Positions 1 through 15,700 of a stretch of 64,000 bases of DNA are shown piece after piece. The DNA lies in assembly GCF_009914755.1 (NCBI RefSeq), contig NC_060940.1; one strand, 5' to 3'. A program made the translations under genes and the position numbers. Source of the stretch: the human T2T-CHM13v2.0 reference genome, Homo sapiens. How positions within the stretch are numbered: position 1 is the first letter of the stretch; each line of letters opens with the position of its first letter. The notes under the pieces were generated by a model. The model was not told the origin of the DNA and made no database searches. It saw only the letters and a program-made list of their open reading frames with translations.

Positions 1-609
1 ATTCCATTCGATTCCTTTCGAAGATTATTCCATTTGAGTCCATTCGATGATGATTCCATTCCATTCCATTCGATGATTCCGTTTGATTCCATTCGATGAT
101 TCCCTTCGATTCCTTTCTTTGATGATTCCATTCCATTCCATTCAATGATTCCATTCGAATCTATTCCATGATGATTCCTTTCGATTCCATTCGCTGATGT
201 TTCCGTTCAATTCCATTCGATGATGATTCCATTCGATTCCATTCATTGAGGATTCCATTTGATTCCATTCAATGATGATTCCGTTCTATTCCATTCAATG
301 ATTGCATTCAATTCCATTCAATGATTATCCCCTTAGAGTAAACTCAACGATTCCATTCAATACCATTCGATGATGATTCCTTTTGAGTCCATTCAATGAT
401 TTCATTCAAGTCCATTTGATGATTCCTTTCAATTCCATTCTATGATGATTCCATTCGAGTCCATTCGATGATTCCATTCGATTGCATTCGATTATTCCAT
501 TATATTCCAGTCAACGATGATTCCATTCGAGTCCATTCGATGATTCCATTAGAGTACATTTAATGATTGCTTTGTTTTCAATTCGAAGATGATTACATTG
601 GATTCCATT

Positions 610-3600
610 CTATGATACCATTCGATTCCATTCAATGATGATTCCACTCAAATCCATTGGATGATTCCATTCGTGTCCATTCGGTGATTTCATTAGATTC
701 CATTCGAGGATGATTCCATTCGATTCCATTCGATGATTCCATTCAATTCCATTCGAGGATGATTCCATTCCAGTCCATATGATCATTCCATTTGATTTCA
801 TTCGATGATGATTCCATTCGATTCCATTCGATGATTCCATTCTATTCCATTCGATGATGATTCCATTCGAGTCCATTCGATGATTCCATTCGAGTCCATT
901 TAATGATTCCATTGGGTTCAATTCAATGATGATTACATTGGATTCCGTTCTATGATTCCATTCAATTCCGTTCATTGACAATTTGATTCCATTCGATGAT
1001 GATTCCATTTGAGTTCATTCGATGATTCTATTCGATTCTCTTCGATGGTGATTCAATTCTATTATATTGGATGATTCCATTCGATTCCATTTGATGTTGA
1101 TTCAATTCGATTCTATTCGATGATGATTCCATTGGATTTCACTTGATGATTCTATTCGATTCCATTCAATGATGATTCACTTCTCGTCCATTGGATGATT
1201 CCATTTCATTCCATTCGATGATGATTCCATTCGATTCCATTCGATGATTCCATTTGATTCCATGCGACGGTGAGCAATTCGATTCAATTCCATGATGATT
1301 CTATTTGATTCAATTAGATGATGTTTCCATTCGAATCCATTCCATGATTATTCCATTGGAATCCATTTGGCGATGATTCCATATGAGTCAATTCAATGAT
1401 GATTCCATATGGGTCCGTTCGATGATAATTCCATTTGATTTCATTCGATGCTTCTATTCTATTCCAGTCGATGATGATTCCGTTGGAGTCCATACGATGA
1501 TTCCATTTGATTTCATTTGATGATGATTCCATTCGATGATGATTACATTGGATTCCATTCTATGATTCCATTCAATTCCATTCGTTGATGATTCGATTCC
1601 ATTCAATGATGATTCCATTTGAGTTCATTCGATGATTCTATTCGATTCCGTTCGATGGTGATTCAATTCTATTATATTGGATGATTCCACTCGATTCCAT
1701 TTGATGATTATTCCATTGGAGTCCACTTAGTGAATCCTTTAGATTCTACTCGAAGATGATTCCATTCGAGTCCATTCAATGATACCATTCAATTTCATTC
1801 ATTGATGCTTCCATTCAAGTGCATTCAATGATATCATTCGATTCCATTTGATGATAATTCCATTTGATTCCATGCGATGATTCTATTCGATTCCATTCAA
1901 TGATAATTCCATTCAATTCAGTGATTCCTCTGGACTCCATTTGATGATGATTCCATTCAATGATTCCATTCGATTCTATTCCAAAATGATTCCATTTGAA
2001 TCCATTTGATGATGATTCCATTAGATTCCATTTGATGATTCCATTCAATTGCATTTGACGATGATTCCATTCGATTCCATTTGATGATTCCATTCTATTC
2101 TATTCTATGATGATTCCATTCGATTCCATTTGATGATGATTGGATTCGATTCCATTTGATGATTTCATTTGATTCCATTCGTTAATGATTTCGATCAACT
2201 CCATTCGATGATTCCATTTGATTCCATTCGATAATGATTACATCCGAGTCCATTCGATGATTCCATTTGAGCCCGTTCGATAATTCCATTTGAGTCCAAT
2301 CAATGATTCCATACATTTCCATTCAATGATTCCATTCGAGTCCATTTGATCATTCTGGTAGGGTCCGTTCGATGTTGATTCCATTGGAGTGCATTCGATG
2401 ATTCCATTCGAGTCCATTTTATGATTTGATTCGAGTCCTTTCGATGATTCCATTCGATTCCACTCGATGATGATTTCATTCGAGTCCATTCGACACTTCC
2501 AATCGATTCCATTTGATGTTTCCATTCGAGTCCAATTGATGATTCCATTCAATTGCATTCGATGATGATTCCGTACGACTCCATTCTGTGATGATTCCAT
2601 GTGATTGCATTCAATGATGATTCCATTCAAATCCATTCGATAATTCAATTCAAGTCCATTCGATGATGATTCCAATCGAATCCATTCAAAGATTCCATTC
2701 AATTCCATTCGATGATGATTCCCTTAGATTCCATTCGATGATTCCACTTGATTCCATTTACGATGATTCCATTCGATTCCATGTGATGAATCCATTCAGT
2801 TCTATTCAATGATGTTTCCATTTGATTCCATTGGACCATGATTGCCTTTGATTCCATTCAATGATTCCATTCGGTTCCATTTGATGATGATTCCGTTCGA
2901 TTCCATTTCATTATTCCATTTGATTCCATTGGATGAGTCCATTAGATTACATTCGATGATTATTCCATTCGAGTGCATTAGATGATTGCATTCGAGTCCA
3001 TTCGATGATTCCATTCGATTCCATTCGATGTTGATTCTGTTCAAATCCATTCGATGATTCCACTCGATTCCATTCGATGACTCCATTTGATCCCATTCGA
3101 TGATTTCCTGTGATTCCCTTTGATGATCATTCTATTTGATTCAATTCGGTGATTTCATTTCATTCCATTCAGTGATGTTTCCATTCGACTGTATTCGATG
3201 ATGATTCCATTCGACTCCATTCGATTATGATTTCATTCAATTCCATTCAATAATGATTCCCTTCGAGTCCATTCGATGATTCCATTCGATTCCATTCAAC
3301 GATGATTTGATTCGTTTCCATTCGATGATTCCATTTGATTCCACTTGATGATGATTCCATTCGAGTCCATTTGATGATTCCATTCGAGTCTATTTATGTA
3401 TTATATTCGTGTCCACTTCATGATTCCATTCAATTCCATTTAATGTTGATTCCATTTGATTCCATTTGATGATTCAGTTCGATTCCTTGCAATGATTCCC
3501 TACGATTCCTTTCTATGATGATTCCATTCGATTCCATTCATTGATGATTTCATTCGACTCCATTCGATGATGATTCCTTTCGATTCCATTTGACGATGTT

Positions 3601-6600
3601 TCCATTCGAGTCCATTCGATGATGATTCTATTCAATTCTGTTCTATTATGATTCCATTCGATTTCATTCAATGCTTCTATTTGATTCCATTCGATGATGA
3701 TTCCATCTCTTTCCCTTCGATGATTCCATTTGATTCCATTCAGTGATGATTCCATTTGATTCCATCTGATGATGATTTCACTTGATTCCTTTCAATGATG
3801 ATTCAATTCAAGTCCATTCTATGATTCCATTGGAGTCCAAACGATCATTCCGTTCGATTCCATTCAATGGTGATTCCATTCATGTCCATTCGATGAATCC
3901 ATTCAATTCCATTCGATGATGACTCCATTCGAGTACATTCGATGATTCCATTTGATTCCATTTGAAGATGATTCCATTCAATTCCATTCGAAGATGATTC
4001 CATTCAATTCCATTCGATGATGATTCCGTATGAATCCATTCTCTGATTATTCCATTCGATTCCATTCATTGACGATTCCATTCAATTCCATTCAATGATG
4101 ATTCTCTTCTATTCCATTCGATGATTCCGGTCGATTCCATTCGATGATGATTCCATTAGATTCCATTCGATTGTTGCATTCGATTCCCTTCGATGATGAT
4201 TCCTTTGAATTCCATTCGATTATCATTCCGTATGAATCCATTTGATGATTATTCCATTGGATTCCTTTCGATGATGATTCCATTCGATTCCATTTGATGA
4301 TGTTTCTCTTGTATTCCATTGGATAATTCCTTTCAGTTCCCTTCGATGATTATTCTTTCGAGTCAATTCGATGATTCTATTCCATTCCCTTCGATGATGA
4401 TTCCATTTCACTCCATTTGATGATTCCATTCGACTCAATTTGGTGATGATTCAATTCGATGACATTCGATGACTCCATTCAATTTCATTTGATGATGATT
4501 ACATTCGAGTCCATTTGATGATTGTATTCCTTTCCTTTTGATGATTATTCCATTCGTGTCTATTCAAAGGTTCCATTCTATTCCATTCAATGATGATTGC
4601 ATTTGATTCCATTCAATGATTATGGCTATCGATTCCACTCGTTGATTCCATTTGATTCCGTTCGATGATTATTCCGTTAGATTCCATTAGAAGATTCCAT
4701 TCGATTTTATTCAATGATTCCAATGGATTCCATTCAATGATGATTCCATTCGACACCATTCAGTGATTCCATTCGAGTCCATTTGATGATTCCATTCTTT
4801 TGCATTTGATGATGATTCCATTAGGGTCCATTCAATTATTCCATTCGAGTCCATTCGTTAATGCCTTTCGAGTCCTTTTGATCACTACATTCGAGTCCAT
4901 TCAATGATTCTATTCGATTCCATTCCATGATGATTCCATTCGAGTTCATTCGATGATTGCATTCGAGTCCATTTGATGATTCCATATGATTCCCTTCGAC
5001 AATGATTCCATTCGTGTCCATTTGACGATTCCATTCATTTCCTATCGATGAAGATTCCATTCAAGTGTATTCGATGATTCCATTCAAATCCATTCGATGA
5101 TGATTCCATTCCAGTCCATTCGATCATTCCACTTGATTCCATTTGATGACTATTCCATTCAAATCCATTTGATGATTCCATTCGATTCCATTCGATGTTA
5201 CCATTCGAGTATACACGATGATTCCACTCGATTCCATTTGATGATTATTCCATTGGAGTCCACTTAGTGAATCCTTTAGATTCTACTCGAAGATGATTCC
5301 ATTCGAGTCCATTCCATGATACCATTCAATTCCATTCGTTGATGCTTCCATTCAAGTACATTCGATGATATCATTCGATTCCATTTGATGATAATTCCAT
5401 TTGATTCCATGCGATGATTCTATTCGATTCCATTCAATGATAATTCCATTCAATTCAGTGATTCCTCTGGACTCCATTTGATGATGATTCCATTCAATGA
5501 TTCCATTCGATTCTATTCGAAAATGATTCCATTTGAATCCATTTGATGATGATTCCATTGGATTCCATTTGATGATTCCATTCGATTCCATTCGATGATG
5601 ATTCCATTCGATTCCTTTTGATGATTCCATTCTATTGTATTCGATGATGATTCCATTCGATTCCATTCGATGATGATTGGATTCGATTCCATTTGATGAT
5701 TTCATTTGATTCCATTCGATAATGATTTCGATCAATTCCATTCGATGATTCCATTCGATTCCATTCGATAGTGATTACATCCGAGTCCATTCGATGATTC
5801 CATTTGAGCCCGTTCGATAATTCCATTTGAGTCCAATCAATGATTCCATTCATTTCCATTCAATGATTCCATTCGAGTCCATTTGATCATTCCGGTAGGG
5901 TCCGTTCGATGTTGATTCCATTGGAGTGCATTCGATGATTCCATTCGAGTCCATTTTAGGATTTGATTTGAGTCCTTTCGATGATTCCATTCGATTCCAC
6001 TCGATGATTTCATTCGAGTCCATTCGACACTTCCAATCGATTCCATTTGATGTTTCCATTCGATTCCAATTGATGATTCCATTCAATTCCATTCGATGAT
6101 GATTCCGTACGATTCCATTCTGTGATGATTCCATGTGATTGCATTCAATGATGATTCCTTTCGATTGCATTCGATTATGATTCATTTCGTGTTCATTCTA
6201 TGGTTCCACAGGTTTCCATTCGATGATGTTTCCATTCGTGTCCATTCCATTATTCCATTCTATTCCATTTGAAGATGATTCCATTCGATTCCATTCATTG
6301 GTGATTCCACTCAATTCCATTCAATGATTCCATTCCATTTCTTTCAACAATGATTCCATTAGTTTCTATTCGATGATCCACTTGATTCCATTTGACGATG
6401 ATTCCATTCGTGTCCATTCGATGATTCCATTTGATTCCATATGATGATGATTCCATTCGATTCCATACGATGATGATTCCATTCGAGTCCATTCAATGGT
6501 GATTCCATTCAATTCCATTCGATGATTCCTTTCGATTCCATTCAATGATGATGGCATTCAATTCCTTTCGATCATTCCCTTTGATTCCATTCAAAGGTGA

Positions 6601-9600
6601 TTTCATTCAAGTCCATTCGATAATTGCATTCGATTCCATTCTGTGATGATTCCATTCGAGTCCATTTGATGATTCCATTCAATTGAAGTCAATGATGATT
6701 CCATTCGATTCCACTCGATGATTCCATTGGATTCCATTCGATGATGATTCCATTCAAATCCATTCGATAATTCAATTCAAGTCCATTCGATGATGATTCC
6801 AATCGAATCCATTCAAAGATTCCACTCAATTCCATTCGATGATGATTCCCTTAGATTCCATTTGATGATTCCACTTGATTCCATTTACGATGATTCCATT
6901 CGATTCCATGTGATGATTCCATTCAATTCTATTCAATGATGTTTCCACTTGATTCCATTCGAACATGATTGCCTTTGATTCCATTCAATGATTCCATACG
7001 GTTCCATTTGATGATGATTCCATTCGAGTGCATTAGATGATTCCATTCGAGTCCATTCGATGATTCCATTCGATTCCATTCGATGTTGATTCTGTTCAAA
7101 TCCATTCGATGATTCCACTCGATTCCATTCGATGACTCCATTTGATCCCATTCGATGATTTCCTTTGATTCCCTTTGATGATCATTCCATTTGATTCAAT
7201 TCGGTGATTTCTTTTGATTCCATTCAGTGATGTTTCCATTCAACTCCTTTCGATGATGATTCCATTCGACTCCATTCGATTATGATTTCATTCAATTCCA
7301 TTCGATAATGATTCCCTTCAAGTCCATTCGATGCTTCCATTCGATTCCATTCAACGATGATTTGATTCGTGTCCATTCGATGATTCCATTTGATTCCATT
7401 TGATGATGATTCCATTCGAGTCCCTTTGATGATTCCATTCAATTCCATTCTCCGATGATTTCTTTTGAGCCCATTCAATGCTTCCACTCGATTCCATATG
7501 ATGATGACTCCATTTGATGAAATTCCATGATGATTCCATTCGCTTGCATTCGATGATGATTCCACTTGAGTCCGTTAGAAGATTCTATTCAATTACATTC
7601 CATGACGATTCTGTCCGAGTCCATTTGATGATTCCATTAGACTCCATTCGACGATGATTCCATTCGATGTTATTCGTTGATGATTCCATTCAACTCCATT
7701 CGAAGTTTCCATTCGAGTTCATTCTATTATTCCATTAGATTCCATTCGATGATGATTCCATTCGATTCCATTTGATGATTGCATTCTATTTCATTTGATG
7801 ATGATTCCATTCGAGTCCATTCGATGATTCCATTCGAGTCCATTTAATGAATCCATTGGTTTCAATTCTATGATGATTACATTGGATTCCATTCGTTGAT
7901 GATTTCATTCGATTCCATTCAATGATGATTCCATTCAATTCCATTCAATGATTCCATTCAATTCCATACGATGATGATTCCATTTGATTTGATTCGACAG
8001 TGAGCCATTCGATTCAATTCCATGATGATTCTATTTGATTCAATTGGTTGACATTTCCATTCGATTCCATTCGATGATGATTCCATTTGATTCCATTCAA
8101 AGATGATTCCATTCTAGCCCATTCAATCATTCCATTCGATTCTATTCAATGATGATTCCATTCATGTCGATTTGGTGATTCCATTTGACTTCATTTGATG
8201 ATGATTCCTTTCAAGTTCATTAGATGATTCCATTCGATTCCATTCGATGATTCCATTCTATTCTATTCAATGGTGATTCCATTCGAGTACATTAGATGAT
8301 TCCATTCGATTCCATTCAATGATGATTCTATTTGTGTCCCTTAGATGGTTCCACATGATTCCATTTCATGATGATACTATTTGAGCCCATCCAATGATTC
8401 CCTTCGATTCCATTCGATGAGGATTCCATTCGATTCAATTCATTGGTGATTCTATTCAATTCAATTCTTTGATTCCATTCCATTCCATTCGACAATGATT
8501 CCATTCGATTTCTTTCGATGATTCCACTCGATTCCACTTGACATTGATTCCATTCGATTCCATTCAATGATTCCGTTTGATTCCAGTGGATGATGATTGC
8601 CATCGATTCCATTCGATCACTCCATTCTATTCCATTTGATGATGATTACATTCGATTCCATTTGATGATTCCATCTGATTCTATTCGAGGATTCCATTTG
8701 ATTCCATTCGATGATGATTCCATTCGAGTGCATTCGATGATTTCATTCGAGTACATCCAATGATTCCATTCGAGTCCATTTGATGATTCCATTTAATTCC
8801 ATTTGATTATGATTCTACTAGAGTCCATTCAATGACTCCATTCGAATCCATTCAACAATTCCATTAGAGGCCATTCGATGATTCCATTTCATGATTCCAT
8901 TCGAGTCCATTTAATCATTACAGTCGAGTCCATTTGGTGATTCCACTGGATTTCTTTTGATAATGATACCATTCAATTACATTTGATGATGATCCCATTC
9001 AATTTCATTTGATGGTGATTCCATTAGAGTCCATTCGATGATTTCATTCGAGTCCCTTCATTGATTCCATCCGATTTCATTTGATGATGACTCCATTCGA
9101 GTCCATTCGATGATTCCACTCGATTCCATCAGATGGTTCCATTGGAGTCCATTTGATTGTTCCATTCGATTCTATTCGATTCCTTTCGAAGATTATTCCA
9201 TTTGAGTCCATTCGATGATGATTCCATTCCATTCCATTCGATGATTCCGTTTGATTCCATTCGATGATTCCCTTCGATTCCTTTCTTTGATGATTCCATT
9301 CCATTCCATTCAATGATTCCATTCGAATCTATTCCATGATGATTCCTTTCGATTCCATTCGCTGATGTTTCCGTTCAATTCCATTCGATGATGATTCCAT
9401 TCGATTCCATTCATTGAGGATTCCATTTGATTCCATTCAATGATGATTCCATTCTATTCCATTCAATGATTGCATTCAATTCCATTCAATGATTATCCCA
9501 TTAGAGTAAACTCAACGATTCCATTCAATACCATTCGATGATGATTCCTTTTGAGTCCATTCAATGATTTCATTCAAGTCCATTTGATGATTCCTTTCAA

Positions 9601-9777
9601 TTCCATTCTATGATGATTCCATTCGAGTCCATTCGATGATTCCATTCGATTGCATTCGATGATTCCATTATATTCCATTCAACAATGATTCCATTCGAGT
9701 CCATTCGATGATTCCATTAGAGTACATTTAATGATTGCTTTGTTTTCAATTCGAAGATGATTACATTGGATTCCATT
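610..9777 (+). repeat. Composite nested repeat unit (~9.17 kb): a 6.1-kb-type unit plus a 4.1-kb-type unit, with internal deletions
   Basis: Landmark CTATGATACC recurs at 610 and 9778. The block carrying CACTTAGTGAATCC / GGTAGGGTCCG occurs twice inside it (ORF markers 1815 and 5352, spacing 3,537 = 4,130 - 593), separated by the TTTATGTATTATATTCG / TATGGCTATCG block. Confidence 0.8.
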
Positions 9778-12700
9778 CTATGATACCATTCGATTCCATT
9801 CAATGATGATTCCACTCAAATCCATTGGATGATTCCATTCGTGTCCATTCGGTGATTTCCTTAGATTCCATTCGAGGATGATTCCATTCGATTCCATTCG
9901 ATGATTCCATTCAATTCCCTTCGATGATGATTCCATTCCAGTCCATATGATCATTCCATTTGATTTCATTCGATGGATGATTCCATACGATTCCATTCGA
10001 TGATTCCATTCTATTCCATTCGATGATGATTCCATTCGAGTCCATTCGATGATTCCATTCGAGTCCATTTAATGATTCCATTGGGTTCAATTCAATGATG
10101 ATTACATTGGATTCCGTTCTATGATTCCATTCAATTCCGTTCATTGACAATTTGATTCCATTCGATGATGATTCCATTTGAGTTCATTCGATGATTCTAT
10201 TTGATTCTCTTCGATGGTGATTCAATTCTATTATATTGGATGATTCCATTCGATTCCATTTGATGTTGATTCAATTCGTTTCTATTCGATGATGATTCCA
10301 TTGGATTTCACTTGATGATTCTATTCGATTCCATTCAATGATGATTCACTTCTCGTCCATTGGATGATTCCATTTCATTCCATTCGATGATGATTCCATT
10401 CGATTCCATTCGATGATTCCATTTGATTCCATGCGTCGGTGAGCAATTCGATTCAATTCCATGATGATTCTATTTGATTCAATTAGATGATGTTTCCATT
10501 CGAATCCATTCCATGATTATTCCATTGGAATCCATTCGGCGATGATTCCATATGAGTCAATTCAATGATGATTCCATATGGGTCCGTTCGATGATAATTC
10601 CATTTGATTTCATTCGGTGCTTCTATTCAATTCCAGTCGATGATGATTCCGTTGGAGTCCATACGATGATTCCATTTGATTTCATTTGATGATGATTCCA
10701 TTCGATGATGATTACATTGGATTCCATTCTATGATTCCATTCAATTCCATTCGTTGATGATTCGATTCCATTCAATGATGATTCCATTTGAGTTCATTCG
10801 ATGATTCTATTCGATTCCGTTCGATGGTGATTCAATTCTCTTATATTGGATGAATCCACTCGATTCCATTTGATGATTATTCCATTGGAGTCCACTTAGT
10901 GAATCCTTCAGATTCTACTCGAAGATGATTCCATTCAAGTCCATTCGATGATACCATTCAATTCCATTCGTTGATGCTTCCATTCAAGTGCATTCGATGA
11001 TATCATTCGATTCCATTTGATGATAATTCCATTTGATTCCATGCGATGATTCTATTCGATTCCATTCAATGATAATTCCATTCAGTTCAGTGATTCCTCT
11101 GGACTCCATTTGATGATGATTCCATTCAATGATTCCATTCGATTCTATTCGAAAGTGATTCCATTTGAATCCATTTGATGATGATTCCATTAGATTCCAT
11201 TTGATGATTCCATTCGATTCCATGCGACGATGGTTCCATTCGATTCCATGTGATGATTCCATTCTATTCTATTCGATGATGATTCCATTCGATTCCATTC
11301 GATGATGATTGGATTCGATTCCATTTGATGATATCATTTGATTCCATTCGTTAATGATTTCGATCAATTCCATTCGATGATTCCATTCGATTCCATTCGA
11401 TGATGATTGGGTTTGATTCCATTTGATGATTTCATTTGATTCCATTCGTTAATGATTTCGATCAGTTCCATTCGATGATTCCATTCGATTCCATTCGATA
11501 ATGATTACATCCGTGTCCATTCAATGATTCCATTTGAGACTGTTCGATAATTCCATTTGAGTCCAACCAATGATTCCATTCATTTCCATTGAATGATTCC
11601 ATTCGAGTCCATTTGATCATTCCGGTAGGGTCCATTCGATGTTCATTCCATTGGAGTGCATTCGATGATTCCATTCGAGTCCATTTTAGGATTTGATTCG
11701 AGTCCTTTCGATGATTCCATTCGATTCCACTCGATGATGATTTCATTCGAGTCCATTCGACACTTCCAATCGATTCCATTTGATGTTTCCATTCGAGTCC
11801 AATTGATGATTCCATTCAATTCCATTCGATGATGATTCCGTACGATTCCATTCTGTGATGATTCCATGTGATTGCATTCAATGATGATTCCTTTAAATTG
11901 CATTCGATTGTGATTCATTTCGTCTTCATTCTATGGTTCCACAGGTTTCCATTCGTGTCCATTCCATTATTCCATTCTATTCCATTTGATGATGATTCCA
12001 TTCGATTCCATTCATTGGTGATTCCACTCAATTCCATTCAATGATTCCATTCCATTTCTTTCAACAATGATTCCATTAGTTTCTATTCGATGATCCACTT
12101 GATTCCACTTGACGACGATTCCATTCGTGTCCATTCAATGATTCCATTTGATTCCATATGATGATGATTCCATTCGATTCCATACGATGATGATTCCATT
12201 CGAGTCCATTCAATGGTGATTCCATTCAATTCCATTCGATGATTCCTTTCGATTCCATTCGATGATGATGGCATTCGATTCCTTTCAATCATTCCCTTTG
12301 ATTGCATTCAAAGGTGATTTCACTCAAGTCCATTCGATAATTGCATTCGATTCCATTTTATGATGATTCCATTCGAGTCCATTTGATGATTCCATTCAAT
12401 TCAAGTCAATGATGATTCCATTCGATTCCATTCGATGATTCCATTGGATTCCATTCGATGATGATTCCATTCAAATCCATTCGATAATTCAATTCAAGTC
12501 CATTCGATGATGATTAAAATCGAATCCATTCAAAGATTCCATTCAGTTCCATTCGATGATTCCCTTAGATTCCATTCGATGATTCCACTTGATTTCATTT
12601 ACGATGATTCCATTCGATTCCATGTGATGATTCCATTCAATTCTATTCAATGCTGTTTCCATTTCTTTCCATTCGACCATGATTGCCTTTGATTCCATTC

Positions 12701-15700
12701 AATGACTCCATTCGGTTCCTTTTGATGATGATTCCGTTCGATTCCATTTCATTATTCCATTTGATTCCATTGGATGAGTCCATTCGATTACATTCGATGA
12801 TTATTCCATTCGAGTGCATTAGATGATTCCATTCGAGTCCATTCGATGATTCCATTCGATTCCATTCGATGTTGATTCTGTTCAAATCCATTCGATGATT
12901 CCACTCGATTCCATTCGATGACTCCAGTTGATCCCATTCGATGATTTCCTTTGATTCCCTTTGATGATCATTCCATTTGATTCAATTCGGTGATTTCATT
13001 TGATTCCATTCAGTGATGTTTCCATTCGACTCCATTCGATGATAATTCCATTCGACTCCATTCGATTATGATTTCATTCAATTCCATTCGATAATGATTC
13101 CCTTCGAGTCCATTCGATGATTCCATTCGATTCCATTCAACGATGATTTGATTCGTGTCCATTCGATGATTCCATTTGATTCCACTTGATGATGATTCCA
13201 TTCGAGTCCATTTGATGATTCCATTCAATTCCATTCTCCGATGATTTCTTTTGAGCCCATTCAATGCTTCCACTCGATTCCATATGATGATGACTCCATT
13301 CGATGAAATTCGATGATGATTCCATTCGCTTGCATTCGATGATGATTCCACTTGAGTCCATTAGAAGATTCTATTCAATTACATTCCATGACGATTCCGT
13401 TCGAGTCCATTTGATGATTCCATTAGACTCCATTCGACGATGATTCCATTCGATGTTATTCGATGATTCCATTCGATCTCATTCGATGATGATTCCATTC
13501 AACTCCATTCGATGTTTCCATTCGAGTTCATTCTATTATTCCATTAGATTCCATTCGATGATGATTCCATTCGATTCCATTTGATGATTGCATTCTATTT
13601 CATTTGATGATGATTCCATTCGAGTCCACTCGATGATTCCATTCGAGTCCATTTAATGAATCCATTGGTTTCAATTCTATGATGATTACATTGGATTCCA
13701 TTCGTTGATGATTTCATTCGGTTCCATTCAATGATGATTCAATTCAATTCCTTTCAATGTTTCCATTCAATTCCATACGATGATTATTCCATTTGATTTG
13801 ATTCGACAGTGAGCCATTCGATTCAATTCCATGATGATTCTATTTGATTCCATTGGTTGACATTTCCATTCGATTCCATTCGATGATGATTCCCTTTGAT
13901 TCCATTCAAAGATGATTCCATTCTAGCCCATTCAATCATTCCATTCGATTCTATTCAATGATGATTCCATTCATGTCGATTTGGTGATTCCATTTGACTT
14001 CATTTGATGATGATTCCTTTCAAGTTCATTAGATGATTCCATTCGATTCCATTTGATGATGATCCCATTCGAGTCCATTCAGTGATTCCACTCGTTTCCA
14101 TTCCATGATGATTCCATTCCATTCCATGCAATGATTCCATTCGATTCCGTTTGATGATGATTTCATTCGAGTCCATTTGATGATTCCATTTGATTCCATT
14201 CGATGATGATTCCATTCGAGTCCATTCGATGATTCTATTCGAATCCATTTGATGATTTCTTTTGATTATAGTTGGTGATGATTCCATTGGAGTCCATTCA
14301 ATGATTCCATTCGATTCCAATCGATGGTGATTCCATTAGAGTCCATTTAATGATTCCATTTGATTCCAGTCTCTGATGATTACATTTGAGTCCATACGAT
14401 GATTCCACTCAATTCCATATGATGATGATTCCATTCGATTCCATTCGATGATTCCATTCTATTCTATTCAATGGTGATTCCATTCGAGTACATTAGATGA
14501 TTCCATTCGATTCCATTCAATGATGATTCTATTTGTGTCCCTTAGATGATTCCACATGATTCCATTAGATGATGATACTATTTGAGCCCATCCAATGATT
14601 CCCTTCGATTCCATTCGATGAGGATTCCATTCGATTCAATTCATTGGTGATTCTATTCAATTCAATTCTTTGATTCCATTCCATTCCATTCGACAATGAT
14701 TCCATTCGATTTCTTTCGATGATTCCACTCGATTCCACTTGACATTGATTCCCTTCGATTCCATTCAATGATTCCATTTGATTCCAGTGGATGATGATTG
14801 CCATCGATTCCATTTGATCACTCCATTCTATTCCACTTGATGATGATTACATTCGATTCCATTTGACGATTCCATCTGATTCTATTCGAGGATTCCATTT
14901 GATTCCATTCGATGATGATTCCATTCGAGTCCATTCGATGATATCATTCGAGTACATCCAATGATTCCATTCGAGTCCATTTGATGATTCCATTTGATTC
15001 CATTTGATAATGATTCTACTAGAGTCCATTCAATGACTCCATTGGAGTCCATTCAACAATTCCATTCGACTCCATTTGATGATTCCATTGGATTCCATTT
15101 GATGATTCCATTCGAGTCCATTTAATCATTACAGTCGAGTCCATTTGGTGATTCCACCGGATTTCTTTTGATAATGATACCATTCAATTACATTTGATGA
15201 TGATCCCATTCAATTTCATTTGATGATGATTCCATTAGAGTCCATTCGATGATTTCATTCGAGTCCCTTCATTGATTCCATCCGATTTCATTGGATGATG
15301 ACTCCATTCGAGTCCATTCGATGATTCCACTCGATTCCATTAGATGATTCCATTGGAGTCCATTTGATTGTTCCATTCGATTCCATTCGATTCCTTTCGA
15401 AGATTATTCCATTTGAGTCCATTCGATGATGATTCCATTCCATTCCATTCGATGATTCCGTTTGATTCCATTCGATGATTCCCTTCGATTCCTTTCTTTG
15501 ATGATTCCATTCCATTCCATTCAATGATTCCATTCGAATCTATTCCATGATGATTCCTTTCGATTCCATTCGCTGATGTTTCCGTTCAATTCCATTCGAT
15601 GATGATTCCATTCGATTCCATTCATTGAGGATTCCATTTGATTCCATTCAATGATGATTCCGTTCTATTCTATTCAATGATTGCATTCAATTCCATTCAG

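Noticed and set aside
9961-9990. 1-bp insertion (CGATGGATGA) frameshifting the 132-aa ORF
   Set aside because: It is an isolated indel or sequencing error in satellite and is not evidence of a pseudogene.
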